The notes below the pieces were generated by a model. The model saw nothing but the letters and a program-made list of their open reading frames with translations. It searched no databases and was not told the DNA's origin. Position numbers and translations under genes: made by a program. A stretch of DNA of 64,000 bases, taken from contig OX597840.1 of assembly GCA_951406725.2 (NCBI GenBank), positions 36,456,001-36,520,000 on the forward strand, in the 5' to 3' direction. Below are positions 1 through 12,694 of the stretch, piece by piece (within the stretch, counting starts at the first letter, position 1; every line of letters starts with the position of its first letter). The stretch comes from Octopus vulgaris. Its lineage: Eukaryota.

Positions 1-407
1 AATTGTAACGTTGATGTCATTCTTACTGCATTCCCACGTTTGCAGTCTCCTCTATGCTTATTTGTTACATATATTGATACGTCTCCATACACAGATAAAA
101 CATGTGAGACAGTTTATGAGATAATTGGTTACACCATCTTACATTTCATTAACAATAAAGTAATGTGTGTGTCTGTAGGTGTGTAGAGAAGTGTGCACGT
201 GTATGCATACATGTATATATATTTTGCTTCAGTTATTTGACTGCGGTCATACTGGAGCTCCAGCTTTAGCTGAACAAATCGACCCCAGCACTTATGCTTT
301 TGTAAGCCTAGTAATTATTCAATCAGTCTCTTTTGCCGAACCACTAAGTTACGGGATGTAAACACACCAACATCGGTTGTCAAGCAATGATGAGGGGAGG
401 GACAAAC

Positions 408-463
<56 letters not shown>

Positions 464-879
464 AGCTTCTTTTAGTTTCTGTCTACCAAATCCACCCACA
501 AGGCTTCAATCAGCCTGAGGCTACAGTGGAAATGCCATGCAGTGGGACTGAACCCAGAACCATGTGGTTGGTAAGCAAGCTACAGTACATATATTTGTGG
601 ATACATAGATGTGCACACCCACTCTTCCTGCCCCAGGTCTACTAGCTTCCGTTTCTCCTTACTTACCATCCCTCCACCCTACTCCTCCAATGCAGAACTG
701 TCCATGCTTTCTACAAACTCCTGTCTGATTCCTCCACTTCCTGCTCCGCCCCCCCCCCCCGGGTCACCTTCCAACACATCTGCAAGCTGTGTGACCAAAT
801 GCTCCCTATGTCTTTGTCCACTCTCTGCACTCAACCTAACTGCTTCCCTCACTCTCACCTATGCTGTCATACTGGTCCT

Positions 880-1200
880 TGACCCTCTGTCACTGGTACT
901 CGCAATTGTTCCTTCCACATTACCACCCACCTTTATTTGTGCCTGCAGTAATCTGATAAACTGATTCCTTTTTCTCCCCTGTACTGAACAAAGTGGTTGA
1001 CACCTGGCTGACAAACATGTCCAGGACATCACACTCGGCGACAACACCTCAGTCTTGCGCCATTTCTGCCAAACTATTCATTTTTTGCAATATTTGTGTT
1101 TGGACTCGCTTTGCACAGAGGCCTCCTGAACTCCCTTCTGTCTGCAGCAGAAATTGATTTCTTCTCTCCATACTTCAGTCCCTTATGGTCTAAATTCTCC
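880..1200 (+). mobile_element. Penelope-like element GIY-YIG endonuclease remnant (frameshifted)
   Basis: Fragments FICACSNLIN, HVQDITLGDNTSVLRHF, VFGLALHRG and QQKLIFSLHTSVPYGLN match the PLE endonuclease C-terminal pattern (EQ.LIF.L.T..P.GLN). Confidence 0.65.
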
Positions 1201-1988
1201 ACCCCTTTTCCCCTTTGCATTTAAACTACTCCTTCACACACACTTACCCATCCATCCCTCACATTCCCATTATCTCCTCAACTTCTACCCCTAACACACA
1301 CTACACCACTGAACTCATTACCCAACACTGCACATGTTCAAACAGCATACACACACAAACACACACACTTCTGTTACAGTCTTCCATGTTACCCATCTTT
1401 TCACTTCCCAACACCTACCACATTTGTCACCTCTATTCCAAACAGCTCTAGCCAGTATGATACATATAACATCTTCATACACACACATCTGCATAAACAG
1501 CACACACACACACACACACACATACAATATACCAATATACACACTATAGCTTCACACACACACCTTTGCATACATACATATATACATTGGCTGATAGCCT
1601 CATACACACAAAAAGTCAGAAGTGGGACACATGCACAAACACACAATATACATGTGTATAATAGCTTCATACCAACATGTATATGCACACACACACACAC
1701 ACACTCACATCTGACTGCATTGTACAAACACACCAGAAAGCAAAGACACACTCATATACACAGTAGCTTCATACACACATACATGGTTGTACATACACAC
1801 ATACATATATCAGATAGCCATGTACACACATACATGCATAAACAGAAAACATGTACACATACATATAAACAGAAAATATGGATACACACCTGCCTTCCTA
1901 AATTAATTTAATGGAAAAGGTTACTAGCCCTAAGATAGCGGCTTCTGTCAATGATTTCAACAATCCATTAATGCTACATGTAAAGGTA

Positions 1989-2081
1989 ACACATCTCTGA
2001 AGATTTGATAATGGGATTATGTGATTTACATATGCGATTAATAATCATTGTTTTGTTAATGAAATGTGTGTAAGATGGTGT
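1989..2081 (+). ncRNA. Type I hammerhead ribozyme motif (PLE-associated type)
   Basis: acacatct CTGAAGA [long stem II ttgataa...ttgttaa] GAAA t gtgt GTA agatggtgt. Stem I ACACAUCU/AGAUG(G)UGU; GUA triplet. Confidence 0.7.
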
Positions 2082-2299
2082 AAATACCTTATAAACATTG
2101 TCAATTTATTTTTTATTTTTTTGCATGTGATGTACGTAAACACTGGTTTGATATCAAATGATACAATTACAATAACATGAACAAGAATGTACTTTGAAGT
2201 CCTGAACACTGGTTAGTCAGTTATTTGTAGGGCAATTTAAGTTTTATGTTATCGATATCTATCTGTCTATATCTCTGTGTAAATCTTTCTCTCTCTCTC

Positions 2300-2335
<36 letters not shown>

Positions 2336-2631
2336 TACAAGGTATATACATATCCATAGATATATAAAAATACATATACATAAATATGGAGTCAAAAAAT
2401 TTATATAACCATGATGTTTTGATGATCTGAAGAACTGTCTGCATTGATTTGAAAATGTACAATTATACCATGCAATGTATAGCATGCATATTAGTCCAGA
2501 CATGTACAATAATTTATTATACACTGAAATTATTATTACATGATGATGATGGCTATAAAATGGCCATCATCATATGGATATCAACGGGTGAAATTGTCGA
2601 ATCCTCGTATGTCGTCTAATGCCACAAGAGT

Positions 2632-2673
<42 letters not shown>

Positions 2674-2692
2674 TACATATATATATATATAT

Positions 2693-2748
<56 letters not shown>

Positions 2749-3759
2749 ATATATATATATACATAAATATTTATATACACATATGTATATAAATGTAAGT
2801 TTATATATATATACATATATATGAGTTCAGCAAACTTTTAGATTCAGATGAATATGGTACTTAAGTTGAGGCACCAGAATTTAGTATGGTATTATCCATA
2901 CAATATCAAAATAAGGTGATTAGAATCAATACATACATACATACATATACATATATATATGTTAATAAAATAGAACATATGCATATATATAAACATATAT
3001 GTACGTACCTACCTCTACATGTACATATACACGCATATATGTGTACAGGACACCAAAAAGACGTCGAACACATAGAGAGACGAAAAACATAGACACTATA
3101 TATATACACACACATATATATATGTATGTTTATATATATAAATATATATAAATAAATGTATATTTATATATATATATTTATATATACATGTTTAAATATA
3201 CGTACATAAACATGCACATACATATATATATATGAATAAACATACATGCATGCATATATGTATATATTTACACACACACACACACATATGCATATACACA
3301 CACACACATATGTATATATACACACACACACACAAAAGAAAACTAGATTATGAGAAACACTTGTGTGTATGAATTTTAAAATGTGACTAGGTATTTGAAA
3401 CAGAAGTATAGAAGTTTAATAGAGAAAAAGTTGTGTATTTTTGCATTGTTTTGAAGGGATTTTATAGAGAGGCAGATGGAGACATGTTACTTTTGAAATT
3501 GAAGAAGTTTAAAGAAAAATCATTTAAAAAATAGGAGCTTAAAAAAGAATAAAAAGATCAAGTGTTTTTCCCTTTTAAGGGGATAGAATGGTTTCTTGTA
3601 AGATGGTGAATCTTTAGAAAGGTGGTGGTGGTTTCAATTATTTTTTAGTATTTTGTAGAAAAACGAATGCAGAGTTATAAAAGGATTGACAGTATGAAGT
3701 GAAAGCAATGAAGCCCCTTAAAAAAAACTCCACATGAAAGAAGGTAAAACTTGCACCCA

Positions 3760-4730
3760 ATGTGTGTAATTACCCACAGAGTAAAGCACCAGGTTTTTGG
3801 TGAATCTTTGAAATGTTAGATTTTTTTTACATGTAGGAATATTTTGTATTTGGTTATCCACAGAGTTTCAGAATTAAGTGATCCACAGTAAAAAAATGTA
3901 AATTCCAAGACAAATTGCAAATGTCTACAAAGAATGCTTTGTACTTCTTTCTTATAAGCAACTGGCTAAGTCGGATTTAGTAATCAACGGTGAAATAATA
4001 GACTTTGCAATTCAACATAAAATGTTGGTGTTTCATAAATGCATCAGTAAACAGTGAATTCCGTAGATCCACGAGAAAATGGATAGATTTGTTTGGAGAA
4101 CAATGTGAATTTGGTATTCGGCAAAGAAATTCAGAAATTGGTAAATCCATAGAGAAACGTAGAAGTTGGTAAATCCATAGAGGAATTGTTAGATTTTGTA
4201 AATTTAAAGAGAAATATGTCTGATTTTCTAGTCTACAGAGAAATGATGGAATTACTTGATAAACATCAGAAAATATTACATTTTAAAAATTCATGAGTAG
4301 TATTTAGAAACTGGTAAATCCACAGGCAAAATGCTGAATGTCTAATTTACAGAGATATGATGGATCTCATTAGTAAATATTGGATTTTACAAATCCAGAA
4401 ACAAAATCTAAGAAGCCGTTGAGTCCACTTGAAAAAGCTAGATTTTTCTAATTCACAGAGAAATGATAGATTTCACTGGTAAACCACAGAAAATATTGGA
4501 TTTATAATCCACAAGTAGGGTACGGAATTTGGTAAATCCACAAGAAAATTGCTGGATATTGTAATCCTTGGAGAAAAAAGGTGGATTTTGTGAATCCACT
4601 GATAAAAAATCTCATTTTTGTAAAAGCAAAGAATTATAATTGATTGTAAATTAATGGGGAAATCCAGGAATGGTTTTGTTCTTTTAAGAATCCATAAAAA
4701 TATGATGAACTTTGTAAATCCAAGTTGGGA
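3760..4730. repeat. Highly degenerate ~28-30 bp tandem repeat array
   Basis: Recurring GTAAATCCACAGAGAAA...GGATTTT-like units, e.g. at 4141, 4169, 4198, 4314, 4479, 4532, 4561, 4590, 4714. Confidence 0.75.
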
Positions 4731-5323
4731 AAAGTTTTCTTTCCTTTTTACGTTGGTTTTATATTTTCTTGATTCTTTATAAAAAACATGTATTAAATTC
4801 AGTATCTCCAAAGCATTTAGTGTTTGTGTATGCTCCAGCATGGCCACAAGCTACTGTTTGGAACAAGTGTCATGTATTGGTTGAATAAGCATGTGTGAAT
4901 ATTTCTCTGTTACGGATGCATGTGTATGTGAGCTTCTATGGGTGTATTTGTGTATATGTTTGTAGGATGTATAATCAAACATCTTTCTGCTCTATTCTAA
5001 ACACACATTGTCATGTGACAACTAAAAAACGAGACAAAGACACCAAAATAATAGAAAAAAAAGAAGAAAAACTCAAAATCAGAAATCCCTTGGAAAAATT
5101 ATTGAAATTAAAAAAAAAATCACAACAAAATAACTAAATAAACCATCAAAGTTAAATTGAATAAACAATACCTCACCGACACATAAAAAAGAAATAATTA
5201 AAAACCAAAAAACCTTGAAAATAACGATCCCCAAATAATTGCTGGTAGAAGATGAGAAACAAAGCAGAAATGAAAGTAGAGAAAAGAAAAGACCGCATAT
5301 CTTCAGCCCACAAGAATACTTAC

Positions 5324-5488
5324 CTCGGGTACATTCGCAATGTGAATCTAAGTATGTAAGGACTGTCCCCGTTGCTACTGAGTAGCCCAACAAGCGGGCC
5401 CGGATTAGCCCTTCTCTCTGTTTTGTCCGTACCACTTTTACTTTTCCAAGTTTTTCTACGTAATCAGTCAATGGCTGTTTTAAGTGTG
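5324..5488 (-). CDS. GALNT: GALNT coding exon 4 (DxH Mn-binding motif); gene continues beyond this exon
   Basis: tttttgcag acceptor, GTAAGT donor, 165 nt. Translates [54 protein letters not shown], with REGLIRAR and LDSHCEC motifs. Confidence 0.97.
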
Positions 5489-5943
5489 CTGCAAAAATAA
5501 ATACACATAAATAGTGAGTGTATATAAACAGAACGTTCACACACACACCCATATATATATATATATACACATAGAAATGGAAGCCAAAACAATAAATTGA
5601 ATAATTAAATAATTTAATCGTTAATTGATAAATTCAATTCAATTGACTTATTTTATCTAAACAAACGACACATCTCATAAATTACAGCTGTTTCCCCTTC
5701 ATATATCACCAAGGATCTTGGTCTCCTACATATATATCAACAAATAACAAGAGAACGGTTGTGTCTCACTCACAGTCACTGTTTTAGCCAAATTCTTTAT
5801 TGGTGAATAAAGTTATTACATCACAGGAAAAAAAATTTTCCTTGGGCAAAATATATGCATTAAATATACAAAAAAAAACATTCTATGAATCCAAGTTTTG
5901 TGCCATTTCATGATTCTCTGGCAAACTTCAGCCAGAGAATGCA

Positions 5944-6021
<78 letters not shown>

Positions 6022-6092
6022 TATTAAGCTAGATATGGCCTGGGCCAGTCGTTGGTTGAAACATTTAAATTGTGTGTGTGTGTGTGTATGTA

Positions 6093-6133
<41 letters not shown>

Positions 6134-6191
6134 AAGTGTGATTGTATATACATATGCATATAAATAGTGTGAGTCATTATCATTACCATCA

Positions 6192-6313
6192 TTATTTACA
6201 ACTGACGGATATTTGTCCTCATCTTGTTTGTTGTTAACATGTTTCAGCTGATATACCCTCCAGCCTATATTAGGTGTCCTAGGGAAATTTCGAAACTGGG
6301 TTCTCATTCCTAA
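6192..6313 (-). mobile_element. Partial copy of hammerhead-bearing SINE family (3' part)
   Basis: Near-identical to 18570-18695; core degenerate (ctaatat for ctgatga). Confidence 0.75.
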
Positions 6314-6701
6314 AGTGAAATCACAGCTGTGGACTACACCAGTGTCGCATAACCAGCCCACTCACAAAAAAGTACCTTTGGATCGTAGGGTGACATGCTG
6401 TGCTTGAGGAGACCTATTGAGTCAAGAACATCAACAACATCAAATCAAACCATAATCAAATGGAAATTGTGGCTGATGCCAGTGCCACCCTTCTGGCTTG
6501 CTGTGCTGCTGGCATGTAAAAAGCACCATCTGAACGTGGTCGATGCCAGCCCCCTCACCTGGACTGGCCCCTGTGCTGGTGGCATGTAAAAAGCACCTAC
6601 TATACTCTTGGGGTGATTAGCATTAGGAAGGGGATCCAGCTGTAGAAACATTGCCAGATCAGATTGGAGCCTGGTACAGCCTTCTGATGATGATGAGGAT
6701 G

Positions 6702-6782
<81 letters not shown>

Positions 6783-7111
6783 ATATGTATGTATGTATAC
6801 ATACACATGCATGGTGCTAGGTTCAAGCCCACTGCATGGTACCTTGAGCAAGTGTCTGCTTCTATTGCTTCAAGCTGATCAAAGCTATGTGTGTGTTTTG
6901 TGTCAGTGTTTGTCCCCTCTCTACCACTTGACAGCTGATGTTGGTGTGTGAATGTCCCCATAACTTAGTGGTTCAGCAAAGGAGAATAAGTACCAGGCTT
7001 AGCAAAAGAATTAAGTTTTAGTTCATTAAACTAAAAAAAATAAATTATTCAGGTGGTGCCCCAGCATGGCAACAGTTTAATGACTAAAAAAGATAAAAGA
7101 CATATCTGTGT

Positions 7112-7225
<114 letters not shown>

Positions 7226-7396
7226 AAATTAGGAAAAAACTACCTTTTATCAATTCAATAATGAAAATTAAATTATACCAATTAGAAAATTACATATTAT
7301 AGAAAGATTAAATATTAGATAAAACATATAACGAAGATTAAGTAACGTGCAAAATACACACACACACATATAAATATATATATGTGTGTGTGTGAG

Positions 7397-7435
<39 letters not shown>

Positions 7436-8147
7436 ATATATATATCTATATATATATATATGCATGTATGTATTCAGCAAGAACTGACAGCAGCACATAA
7501 GACGGAAATAAAACATTTAGTCCTGAAGAACTTACAATGAAAATATTTGCTTTCCCACCAATATATTTCTACGTTGCCACCACCACCACCACCACCACCC
7601 ACACAGAAACACCTAAATAAACTCTGCAAACCAGAGCCTGTCCTGCCGAGTGTCCTGTAAGCTAAACTATATAAAGTGCAATTTGAATATAAAAAGAAAT
7701 CCATACAGAATATTTGGGTTCTGTGAACAGATTTTGCTATTTGCCGACCTCTGACCTTCAAGCAGTAATGCTGAACTCTCCCCCCCCCACCGCCACAACC
7801 TTGACCTCGTATGCTGCTGCTGCTGCTTCCACTCTACACAAACACAGTTACAGAGTATCTTTGTTACTCTACTTCTGGTTCTCATGTAATCTCACCCGGG
7901 CCTGCTTCCCCTTCCTCCTATCCCTACCCTGCAACACTATCCCCACCCCGCCGACATAACTCTGGCCCCCACCAACAAACCACAGATATCTTTCATCTCA
8001 TTGTTTATATATTTATTTAAGCCATTTAATTCCTTTCTATATTTGTTACTTATTTTATTTTTAATAAGCATTCACATGAATATACACAATATATATATGT
8101 GGATATCTCTACGTTCATACGTTCATGGGTCCATGTGTGTGAGTGGT

Positions 8148-8185
<38 letters not shown>

Positions 8186-8834
8186 CATTCAAGAAAGAAG
8201 ACTGGTTTTGTCATATGATGTGTAAGAATGAGGACAGCTGCATAAAGAAATGGTGATCACTGAAAGTGGATGGAATTTGTGGAAGCAGGAGACCCCTGAA
8301 GACGTGGCACAAAGTACTGAAGTTTATGGAGGAGATGACAAAGACTGCAATGTCTGTGAGAAGACCCATCAATCACAACAGAATTGCTAAGAAGTCTTCT
8401 GAACGATTATGCTTTTTGGTTCACTTCTGTCACACATTTGCTCATTGGCAAATGTCTTCTGCCACAGCTTTGAGTTGATCCAAGTTTTTCAGACTGGACA
8501 GCAGCTGTGTCTACGAATGCTTGTTTTTGGGTGGTAGATTAAACTATGAGGCTGTTTAACACTAGCACCTGGTTCTTGGTGGAGTACATTCAGTAGAGTT
8601 CCTTTGGGTGATGGATTTAACCTCCTCCACCAGCACCACCACAGCTGCCTGAATCTTGGATGTGTCTGTTGCAAATTAGATGCTTGGTGCCAGGGTATTG
8701 AGATGTTCTTCTGTTTCTGTTACCAGTAAAGACAATCCTGTGTGAAGGTCATGAACTTTCCTCTCTGACGAAATTTTGAAGAAATAATCAAAATCAAAAT
8801 ATGAAGAATATAATGAAGAAATTGCAAAACTTAC

Positions 8835-9001
8835 GCATATCTGAATAATCATCAACTAAAATGATCTCCTTTAATAATTGTGGCGGTGACCGATTGAGAA
8901 TGCTGTGTACTGTCCGCAATAAAACCGTCCAGGCTTCGTTGTGGAAACACACTATCACACTTGTGTCTGGTAAATTTTCTTTATATTTTATAGATTTACA
9001 T
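8835..9001 (-). CDS. GALNT: GALNT coding exon 3 (start of GT-A catalytic domain)
   Basis: ttttcag acceptor, GTAAGT donor, 167 nt, phases match neighbours. Translates [55 protein letters not shown]. Confidence 0.97.
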
Positions 9002-12000
9002 CTGAAAAATAAAGGAATAAAATAAAAATAAATAAATGACAAAAAACCCCCTCAAAAACAAGACATTACTCCTTTGAGGAGACAAAGCATGTATGTCTGT
9101 ATGTGAGAGTGAATATGTACACACACACATATTGTAAATATGTCAACGTGGTAGAGAGATATATATTTCTATACAGTTGTATTAAGCATAGTCATACAGT
9201 TACACCAACTCAAAAACCTACACTCCTCACTTTTTAATGATTGACATAAAAAAACAGTGCAAAATGTAATGCATTCTTGACTATACAGAGTTAAACCATT
9301 CTTACACAGGAGTACCTATATACCTACCTACCTACCTACCAACCTACCTACCGACCTATCTAGATTCATAAGTAGGTAGGTAAATACACACATACATATA
9401 TAATATACATATCCAGATGAACAATATCAACATTTTCTAAGTGCTGAGATTGTAATGACTTTGGGTAGAAAGTTGGCTGATGGGTTTTTCGATTAGTTTC
9501 TGTACACATCCTTCATCCTTATGCTGAATTTTAATTTCTAGCATCTACAGTCATAAGTTTCATAGAAACTGACTTTTTGTATCTGGTTATGACTCATATT
9601 ATCTTTCTTTTAGTCTATTTTATTCCCCTCTTGACCCCCACCTCTCTCTCTCTCTCTCTCTCTTCCACCATGTCTGTCTCACTGTGTCTCTCTTTTTCAC
9701 GACACCTGTGCCTGCCAATACCCAACACATTCCTCTCAGCATTCCGTCTCCAATATTTCTCTCTGCTCCAAGTTCTGACCTGGCAGAATCCTTCGTACAC
9801 CAGGCAAAGTGCTTAGCAGTATTTCAACTCTCTTTTATGTTCAGAGTTTAAATTCTACCTTTTATCCTTGGGGGGGGGGGTGTCAATAAAACAAGTACCA
9901 GTTGAACACTGGGGGGTCAGTGTAACAGACATACCCCACCACCAAGAAAAACCTCTGCCAAAATTTGAAACTAACCTAATTGACAACCTCCTCCCATCAT
10001 AATTAGTGGCCCTGAGTTAATTATTATCATTCTTATTAAGGTGGTGAGCTGGCAGACTCATTAGCATGCTGGACAAAATGCTTGGCTGTAGTTTGCCTGT
10101 TGCTCCGATCTTGGTTCAAATTCCACCGAGGTCAACTTTGCTTTTCATCCTTTTGAGGTCAATAAATTAAGGGAGCACATGGCGGAGATGTAACCCACCC
10201 CTCCCACTGGCATTCATGTAACTGACTTCCCCATCCCCTCAAAAACCACTGGTTTTTGTGCCAAACAGTAGAAGGAATTATTATTATTATTATTAGTTCT
10301 TTCACATATTTTCATATATTTTATATTATCATAAAGACATATGATGAGTTGCTTAGCAGCTGGTTATCTTGGCACCACCACCGTCGCCACCACCACCACC
10401 ACCAACACCACCAAGACTATCTTAAATACAGTGAACTCTGGATTACACCAAAAGACTTCTTCCTTATATAATAATCCTCTTGAACGTATTTAGCGTCTGC
10501 ACTGACTTAAGATGTCTGACATGCTTTCTTTAGATTTAAACATAAGATGTTATCTATTAACACATTTTTCACTTTACTACTACTACTACTGCTACCACTA
10601 CTACTACAACTACTACTACTACCACTACTACTACTTGATGTCTTCTTGTTCTCTCTCTCTCTTTCTCTCTCTCTTATCAATCTCGTTTTCCTTTCAGCTT
10701 TCCATTCCCTCCTTATTATCTTTGCATGATATGAGTGTGTGTAGTGTTTGACATATACATCTATTAATTATGTGTGTGTGTGTGTGCACAGACATGAGTG
10801 CGAGGGATATTACATATGACTGTATCATCACGATCATCTTCAACAGAACCTTTTCATATCAGCTTTATTTATGCTTGCATAGGTTGGACAGATCTTCTAA
10901 GGCAACACTTTTAGCTTAAAACTTAGCTGGCCCTTAAAAAGCAATGTCATTTGATATTAAAAAAAATCATGTGATAAGAAAAAGAAAATAAATCTCCCAG
11001 TTTTGTTGATGAGTTGTAAAAAAATACGACTTCATCACTTTTGTCATAAATTGACAAATGAAAACAGTGAGAAAAGAGACAAGATTTTGACAGGAAACAA
11101 TTTGAAGCTGTTGAGGAAAGCCAAAGTGTGAACCTCCTCTCTTTCCCTCTCTGCAACTGAAAATTTCAAAAGAATTAATGAATAAAAGATTAGAGAAAGA
11201 AAATTATTTGAGAAAGATAAAAATGGGCTGTGGCCATACAGGAGCACTGGATTGGAGGGTTTTAGCGAAACAAATTGACCCCAGGACTTATTGTCTATGC
11301 CTGGAACTTGTTCTCTTGACCCCTGTGGCTTTGTTCACCTATGCAATTGTCCATTACCCCCAACAAACTGTCTCCACTTCAATAACTCTGCCTTCACCCC
11401 ATTATTCTTACTCTTTTCACCCTCTCATCCTGGCCTTCAGCCCCGATTGTTATCTCTGTCTCATTCTCTGTCCCTTACTCCCTCCCTTGGGCACATTACA
11501 TGAGTGGAAGTACATGTCTTAATCCTTACAGTTTAGAGAACTCCCCTCCCCCTTGTATAGTGATTCAATGATAGAATACCCCTCTGCGCACCCTCAAGAG
11601 CAGGTCATGGGCCAGACCGGTGCAGTGGAGTCTTTGATCCTGGGCCATACAACAAAAATAAATTTTAAGATTTTATTTCTATTCTCTTGGCTGTCACAGG
11701 TTCTTTTTGTAATATGTCTGTGTTATATTAGCAATAATCAAGTCATATATTATGCACTTTGTGTTTTGTTTTGCGATTCCCTGGTCTATGGAGCAAAAAA
11801 TGGTTGGAGATTGAAGTTCCAGAGTGACTGATGACTAAGCACAGGAAAAATAGGATGACAAGCTCCTTTGCTGCTGAATTGCCAACGATCTGAAGTGCTA
11901 TGAAACCAAAAAGCACTCAATACACAGGGCAAAGTGGATTGCAAACGAGCAGAGAGAGTTTAGGGTGAAGAGGTTGTTTTAGTCATTTCTAATCAAGAAC

Positions 12001-12215
12001 TTGCAGACATTCGAGTGCTGGTGCCTTTGAGAAAGAAAAAAACCAGTGGATTGTGTAAAGTGGTTGGTGATAGGGTTGGGGTATTTAACCATTGAAACCA
12101 AACCAAAATATGACCAGCAGAAGCCAGAGTCTATGAGAGCACTGACTCTTAATACAAAATGAATCACACTATGATAATCGATTCAACCATTGCCAGCTTA
12201 GAAGATGATGATGAT

Positions 12216-12450
12216 GGCGGCGAGTTGGCAGAAACGTTAGCAGGCCGGGCGAAATGCTTAGCGGTATTTTGTCTGCCGCGACGCTCTGAGTTCATATTCC
12301 ACCGAGGTCGACTTTGCCTTTCATCCTTTCGGGGTCGATAAATTAAGTACCAGTTACGCACTGGGGTCGATATAATTGACTTAATCCGTTTGTCTGTCCT
12401 TGTTTGTCCCCTCTATGTTTAGCCCCTTGTGGGCAGTAAAGAAATAAGAA
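12216..12450 (+). mobile_element. SINE family B (representative copy)
   Basis: ggcggcgagttggcagaaacgttagc...gactttgcctttcatcctttcggggtcgataaattaagtaccag...tgtttagccccttgtgggcagtaaagaaata. Other copies at 10040-10170, 27127-27545 (tandem, -), 50140-50345(-), 51630-51985(-), 56365-56595(-). Confidence 0.85.
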
Positions 12451-12641
12451 GATGATGATGATGCATGTGTGTGTGTGCACACACCCAACCACAATGTTAC
12501 TGGTTTCAATCTCTGAACTGAGTAGAAAGAAAGAGTGAGTTGTGGACGGATGTAGAAAGGCTGAGTGATGGATGTGAATAATGAGTGACCTGCAGAAGAG
12601 TAATGTTTACCATCACACGCAAATATGGATTGTATAATACA

Positions 12642-12694
<53 letters not shown>

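Noticed and set aside
3760-4730. Repeat array as a CRISPR
   Set aside because: Units are contiguous and degenerate with no unique spacers; the context is a eukaryotic intron with no cas genes.
1-5323. Next GALNT exon (expected GWLEPLL...)
   Set aside because: Not found by eye on the minus strand; it presumably lies beyond the left edge of the window.
5079-5323. Hydrophobic ORF extensions after GALNT exons (also 19379-19473 and 8794-8834)
   Set aside because: Intronic read-through past strong GTAAGT donors; the T-rich intron sequence explains the hydrophobicity.
5683-5694. GAAACAGCUGUA half-hammerhead on the minus strand
   Set aside because: No CUGANGA partner is found upstream on that strand; at most a fragment.
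8760-8810. CTGACGA plus an ATTTTGA/TCAAAAT hairpin beside the exon 3 donor as a hammerhead
   Set aside because: GAAA is replaced by AAAA and there is no convincing stem I/III or NUH triplet.
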